From contig JAZRYX010000027.1 in NCBI GenBank assembly GCA_045600945.1, forward strand, positions 1,730 through 65,729: a stretch of DNA of 64,000 nucleotides, given 5' to 3'. Below, piece after piece: positions 59,521 to 64,000 of the stretch. Source of the DNA: Lachnospiraceae bacterium (GTDB lineage Bacteria; Bacillota; Clostridia; Lachnospirales; Lachnospiraceae). The translations under genes were made by a program, and so were the position numbers. The notes beneath the pieces are model-generated. The model made no database searches and was not told the DNA's origin. It saw nothing but the letters and a program-made list of their open reading frames with translations. The first letter of the stretch is position 1. Each line of letters begins with the position of its first letter.

Positions 59521-61331
59521 TATTCCGTACGCTCCGCCATGCCCAACGCATTGAAATAATAATCATGCTTTGTTTTATATTGTTCATTAAAGAACTCATC
59601 ATTACCCTGATGAAGCTCATGTATATAATCATGATGAGACTGCATAACATGTTCATCAGTAAGTGCGAGTGTATATATACCTATATTGGAACATTGATCT
59701 GCAATACGTTCTATATTCACCAGTGCATCAAGGAATATGAGTCCCGAGTACATATTGCAGCGCCCTTCACGAAGTCTGCGCGTGTGGTTTGCCTTAAGCA
59801 CGCTTACAAGATCATCTACCACTTCCTCAACCGGCTCGATTTTTCTTGCGGCCTCGAAATCAGAGTTACTGAATGCCTCATATGTATTTGAAAGAATGTC
59901 TCTTAATGCGTTCGATAAAACCAGCAGTTCGTTCTGAGCCTGTGGTGTGAAGCTTGCTCCTTTTTCATGGATCTCGGAAGCATTTTCCGTAAGATTCACT
60001 GCCAGATCTCCGATTCTCTCGAACTCGCTGAAACACTGCATATAATAATTCAGGATATCATTGTTCCTGCCGTTGGGAACATGAGTTCCGAGTCCGATAA
60101 GGTAGTTATCTACAGCATCGGCCAGGCGGTCTATGCTGTCTTCGTTTTGATTGATTACATCTATTGCTTCCTGACTGAACTCGTCGAATTCATTCATTGC
60201 ATTGACTACTGCTTCCTGCGCCATCTTTGCCATAGCCTTTATTGCTTCCCTTGCTGAATTAAGCGCGAGGGCGGGTGATGCGTACAGCTTCTCATCCAGC
60301 ATAGCGATTTCATTATCGATGCTTGTTCCGATTTTCTTGTCATCGGGAATGATTTTCATAGAAAGCTTCTCATATACGCCTGCAAGCGGCATAAGAAGAA
60401 GCGCGCAGGTTAAGTTAAATACCGTATGCGTATTTGCGATAAGACCGGAGTTCATGGTGGCATTCCATATTCCGTCCAGCGCACCGACTTTGTGAAGTAT
60501 CGTAACTCCTAAAAATACCAGAATGGTCTCGCAAAGATTGAACATAATGTGGATGGCACCTGTTCTTTTGGCATCCGCCTTGGCACCTATTGAACAAACC
60601 ATCGCCGTCGTTACACAATCGCCCAGATAAACACCGATGATAATCGGATAAGTCGCCTTAAATGTCAGCGCACCTGTGATTGAAAATGCCTGCAATATAC
60701 CGATGGTAGCTGACGATGACTGAAGAACAAATGCAACAGCGACACCGACGAGATATGCAAGGAATGGATTGTCTCCGAACTTTACGAAAAGATTTGTGAA
60801 TGCCGGATCCTGTGAAAGCGGCTCAACAGCACTTGTCATCGTAAGAAGTCCCGTAAACAGGATGCCGAAACCCATTGCTACAGTGCCGATGGTCTTAACC
60901 TTTGCCTTATTGTTATTAAGAAACATAATGCAAATGATACCGATGACCGCGGCAATCGGAGCAAGTGTGGATGGTTTGAAGATGTTAAGCCATGATGATC
61001 CGGAAGCATCTATATCAAGAAGCCTTATAATCTGGCCGGTAATTGTAGTACCGACATTGGCTCCGAGTATGATTCCGACTGACTGATGCAGCGTAAGTAT
61101 ACCTGCACCTACAAGACCTGATGTTATGACTATCGTCGCTGTTGAAGACTGTATGATAGCAGTCATCAGCATACCGACAAGAAAACCTTTGATGGGGTTG
61201 TTTGTTACTTTTTCAAGAACTGATTTAAGAGTATCTGTAGATCCCTCTTTCAGCCCGTCGCCCATGACCCTCATTCCGTACAGGAAGAGGGCCAGTCCGC
61301 CGAGTAGAGTTATGATATTAAAAATCGACAT
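59520..61331 (-). CDS. Na/Pi cotransporter family protein with C-terminal PhoU-like domains
   Basis: 603 aa. N-terminal membrane domain LLGGLALFLYGMRVMGDGLK...IQSSTATIVI (duplicated NptA repeat: ...LQSSSATIGI). The C-terminal helical region is PhoU-like. Confidence 0.85.
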   Translation of the reverse strand: MSIFNIITLLGGLALFLYGMRVMGDGLKEGSTDTLKSVLEKVTNNPIKGFLVGMLMTAIIQSSTATIVITSGLVGAGILTLHQSVGIILGANVGTTITGQIIRLLDIDASGSSWLNIFKPSTLAPIAAVIGIICIMFLNNNKAKVKTIGTVAMGFGILFTGLLTMTSAVEPLSQDPAFTNLFVKFGDNPFLAYLVGVAVAFVLQSSSATIGILQAFSITGALTFKATYPIIIGVYLGDCVTTAMVCSIGAKADAKRTGAIHIMFNLCETILVFLGVTILHKVGALDGIWNATMNSGLIANTHTVFNLTCALLLMPLAGVYEKLSMKIIPDDKKIGTSIDNEIAMLDEKLYASPALALNSAREAIKAMAKMAQEAVVNAMNEFDEFSQEAIDVINQNEDSIDRLADAVDNYLIGLGTHVPNGRNNDILNYYMQCFSEFERIGDLAVNLTENASEIHEKGASFTPQAQNELLVLSNALRDILSNTYEAFSNSDFEAARKIEPVEEVVDDLVSVLKANHTRRLREGRCNMYSGLIFLDALVNIERIADQCSNIGIYTLALTDEHVMQSHHDYIHELHQGNDEFFNEQYKTKHDYYFNALGMAERTE

Positions 61332-61453
61332 ATTTTGCGATGTTGCCTTTCATGCTTTCTTTATAACAAACTTCCAACTTCATCCGAATGCATTACACCA
61401 AAAAAGTCAAAACAAATGAGCCGGCCTTATACATGATGAATCAACCACATTGA

Positions 61454-62636
61454 TTAATTTATAAACTTCAAAAACTTGCGTGCAATGCGTTTCATGGAAG
61501 AAAACAATTTATTTACCGTCCTGCACAACCTGCGACCTGCAGCTTTAAAAAAACTTGACTCTTTATATTTAGTCATACAATAAAAGGCCAAAGATCCTGT
61601 ATAATCTGACACTACATTTTTTATCCGTTTTTGATTATCTTTGATATAGTACTTATAATCTTTAAAATTTTCACGCCAATATAATCTGTTATTTATACTT
61701 CTATCTTCAAAATAGTCCTTAAGATTTTGACTGACATAGTAAAAAAACGGTCCTTCCCACGGAAAGTCTTTATTCACAAAAACCGATAAATGACAATCTA
61801 CAATTGTAATACTTTGATTCCATAAAGTGTTGACCGTCATCTGATAACCCGTCAAATAGTTCGCCCGCGGAATCAATATTACACTCGCATCATTCTCTAA
61901 AAAAATCGAATTATGAGAACATGAGCCAATCGTCGAGGCAAAGCATTTACAATTTAAAAGTATATTGAGCTGCTCAGAAAACGTATATTTTTCCGGAGCA
62001 ATTACTTTAAAATCCTTATTGGAAAAATATTTTTCTAATTTGTCTTCTCCATAAGAGTTTGTTTTCCATTGTGATGCAGTAAAATACACTTTATCATATC
62101 CTGTTTCTTTTTTATTCTTCCGGCCATAATCTCTTATTTCATCAATCAACCACTTGTACTCTTCGTTTTGATACAAAATCTCGTTTTACAAAAAGAAAAA
62201 TCAAATCCTTGTAGGCTAAAGTTTCCTTTAAGTGCAAATCTAACAATCTATGTTTTGAAGTGATCTCCGTTAAAAATTTGGTTTCCAAAATATTCTCCTC
62301 GTCTAAATAAATGAATATATGACTTTTAAAGTCCTGATAAAAAAGGATTTCATTATATACAGGTAGATTCGGCAGCCATTTACAATTGTCTTTTCCCTTG
62401 GTTCTTCAATACCCACATAGAACGTCTGCAGCAATTCAGACTTCCACAAATCATCTCCGTCCAAGTATATTTTACCATAAAAATATCAAAAAAAAAGAGT
62501 CAGGCTGATGCCCAACGAAGTAAAGGAATTGTCAGTTATAAAAAAACGGAATGGTCCCAAAGATATGATTTCAAAATTAATGTTAAGACATTCTACATCC
62601 TTAACTGATTTATTATGAACTTCTTGAATAATTAAT
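61454..62636 (-). pseudogene. Decayed glycosyltransferase 61/DUF563-like gene in three pieces
   Basis: The 240-aa piece (61454-62176, TTG-initiated in the track) has ...FASTIGSCSHNSIFL..., typical of the GT61 C-terminal half. Upstream, a ~105-codon piece is in another frame. A further ~48-codon piece has no start codon and is separated by an in-frame TGA at the end of a T9 run (plus-strand A9 at 62486-62494). Confidence 0.55.
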
Positions 62637-63049
62637 CCTCAACAGCTTGCGGACTGCATTTTGCAGTACCTAACGGACACTGATGCATCTCAGGGCATAC
62701 ACTTTGCAGGGCAAAACGTACACCCTAAAATAATTTAATTCGTTACTAAATTGACGACTTTATTATTACCGTGAAGTGCTTTGTCGCCCTCTCACGATTG
62801 CATTTGAAGATACTTCATCATTCAGTATCATGGATTTACAGCTTTTGGACTTACGTTGAGAGACCATAAAACTATCGTCTAATTCCATAAGTAAATTTAT
62901 TCCTCCTTTTTTTAAAAAACTACTGATTTCTTTTCTTTTGAATAAAAAAATGAAATAATATTCAAGTTATTAAACTTTCACTCATATTGTGTGCTTCTTT
63001 CTCCTTAATCAACGAAAATGCGTTGAGATGTTTATTTCTATCTGCAGTT

Positions 63050-63691
63050 TTAGATAAATGGGTAAATGCTACCCCTTTTATAATCTGCTCCTAAAATATC
63101 TACTTCACCATCGACAATTTTTAATCTATGCTCATCAATTATTTTTACCAATCTTTCCAGCATATCTATCTGTAAATCCAAAATCGAATCATAATCGTGT
63201 GTCTCCAAGAACGCTTTCAAAGGTATAATGCTTTGCATAATTATTTTTCCATTATCCATACTATCATCAATAAAGTGAGCAGTATTTCCAACCAACAATG
63301 TGTTTCCATGGTCAACAGCTTGATCTATTGCTCTAATTCCCGGAAACATTGGCAACAAAGATGGATGAAAATTAATTAATCGATAATTATATTTTTCTAG
63401 TAATTTACCGCTCAATAAATGTTCCCCAAATGAAAACAAGTAATCAATATTATTTTTTTCTAATTGTTTTAGAATAAAATTCGAAATTAAGAGGTTTTTT
63501 TTCTTACGCGTTCCAACAAGTTGACAGTCATCAATAACCTCTAAAGTCAAATTATTACTCTCTATTAATTTTTTCAAATTACAATCTACTTGCGCATCTG
63601 ATACCACCAATATCCAGTCCTTTGTACATAGTTTCTGTATTGCTTTCAACAATCTATCAGATTTTCCCGAAATATAAAAAGCATATCGCAT
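63050..63691 (-). CDS. Formyltransferase (PurN/Fmt-like catalytic domain; likely sugar N-formyltransferase given the context)
   Basis: ...RLINFHPSLLPMFPGIRAIDQA...GNTAHFIDDSMDNGKIIMQ has the formyl-transferase N/H/D motifs. AAGGAG lies 10 nt upstream of the ATG. Confidence 0.8.
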   Translation of the reverse strand: MRYAFYISGKSDRLLKAIQKLCTKDWILVVSDAQVDCNLKKLIESNNLTLEVIDDCQLVGTRKKKNLLISNFILKQLEKNNIDYLFSFGEHLLSGKLLEKYNYRLINFHPSLLPMFPGIRAIDQAVDHGNTLLVGNTAHFIDDSMDNGKIIMQSIIPLKAFLETHDYDSILDLQIDMLERLVKIIDEHRLKIVDGEVDILGADYKRGSIYPFI

Positions 63692-63971
63692 AACTCATTT
63701 TCTCCTTGCGCCACAAGTAATAGTACTCTAATATCTGTTATCAATGGTTCCCCATCTAAGCTGAAAATAAGCCCATTTTTTGAAATTCTCAAAGCGTTCA
63801 ACTTCACATAAAAATCCTCCACTGGTTCTCTATATGATTTTTCATCAAGCTTTTTTTTATCCTAGAAAGCTTTGATACAATACCACCATTTTGGGTGAAT
63901 TTAGCAATAATACCTGTCCTTTTCTTTTCACAGTTATTATTGATAATAACTATATTAATCATGGGTGTCAT
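63646..63971 (-). pseudogene. Small ORF apparently split by a frameshift at an A8 tract
   Basis: Frame 1 reads MTPMINIVIINNNCEKKRTGIIAKFTQNGGIVSKLSRIKK, then stops shortly after the A8 run (plus-strand T8 at 63851-63858). Adding one A would continue it as KLDEKSYREPVEDFYVKLNALRISKNGLIFSLDGEPLITDIRVLLLVAQGENE.... Confidence 0.3.
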
Positions 63972-64000
63972 AGGATTTGCAACATCACGCCACCATTTAT

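Noticed and set aside
62764-62886. A 41-codon ORF (MELDDSFMVSQRKSKSCKSMILNDEVSSNAIVRGRQSTSR) with an upstream GGAGG.
   Set aside because: The spacing is 13 nt, no motif is recognisable, and it lies in a region full of gene fragments. It is most likely non-coding remnant sequence.

Overview
This 64-kb window looks like a chromosomal segment of a low-GC Gram-positive anaerobe. Gene content is Clostridia/Lachnospiraceae-like: CIRCE-controlled groESL, NfnAB, GlnRS, ATP-type PEP carboxykinase, a GGGtGRT protein, and tRNAs with no encoded CCA. About 60 protein genes and three tRNAs (Trp-CCA, Arg-CCG, Pro-UGG) are supported. Roughly 90% of genes lie on the minus strand, often in long chains whose stop and start codons overlap (ATGA, TAATG, TGATG).

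Most of the window is housekeeping: ruvAB, nfnAB, pckA, ligA, trpS, queA, uvrB, groESL, glnS, prfA/prmC, rpmE, xth, and an ABC-F ATPase.

I saw no CRISPR array, intact IS element or transposase, prophage, rRNA, or recognisable known riboswitch.

Regions worth a second look:
- **51.3-61.3 kb:** eight translationally coupled genes of unrelated-looking functions. They are a Na/Pi transporter, an unannotated 56-aa Cys peptide, a VWA/degenerate-zincin protein, a signal-less LRR protein, an AAA+ ATPase, a CrtI-like flavoenzyme, an FNR/2Fe-2S reductase, and a membrane/glycosidase fusion.
- **49.5-50.3 kb:** a Phd/YefM antitoxin-like gene with twin palindromic operators, coupled to a membrane-anchored protein that does not look like a toxin.
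- **7.9-9.7 kb:** a GGGtGRT/NifU-like pair downstream of nfnAB.
- **21.4-24.0 kb:** a HerA-like DUF853 ATPase coupled to a HAD-barstar fusion.
- **33.8-34.0 kb:** three hairpin+GAGGAG modules upstream of tRNA-Arg.
- **35.98-36.6 kb:** a truncated XerD-like gene with a catalytic-Arg substitution.
- **61.4-64.0 kb:** an AT-rich, decayed polysaccharide-biosynthesis locus.

All family assignments come from motif recognition by eye. No BLAST, HMM or RNA folding was run.
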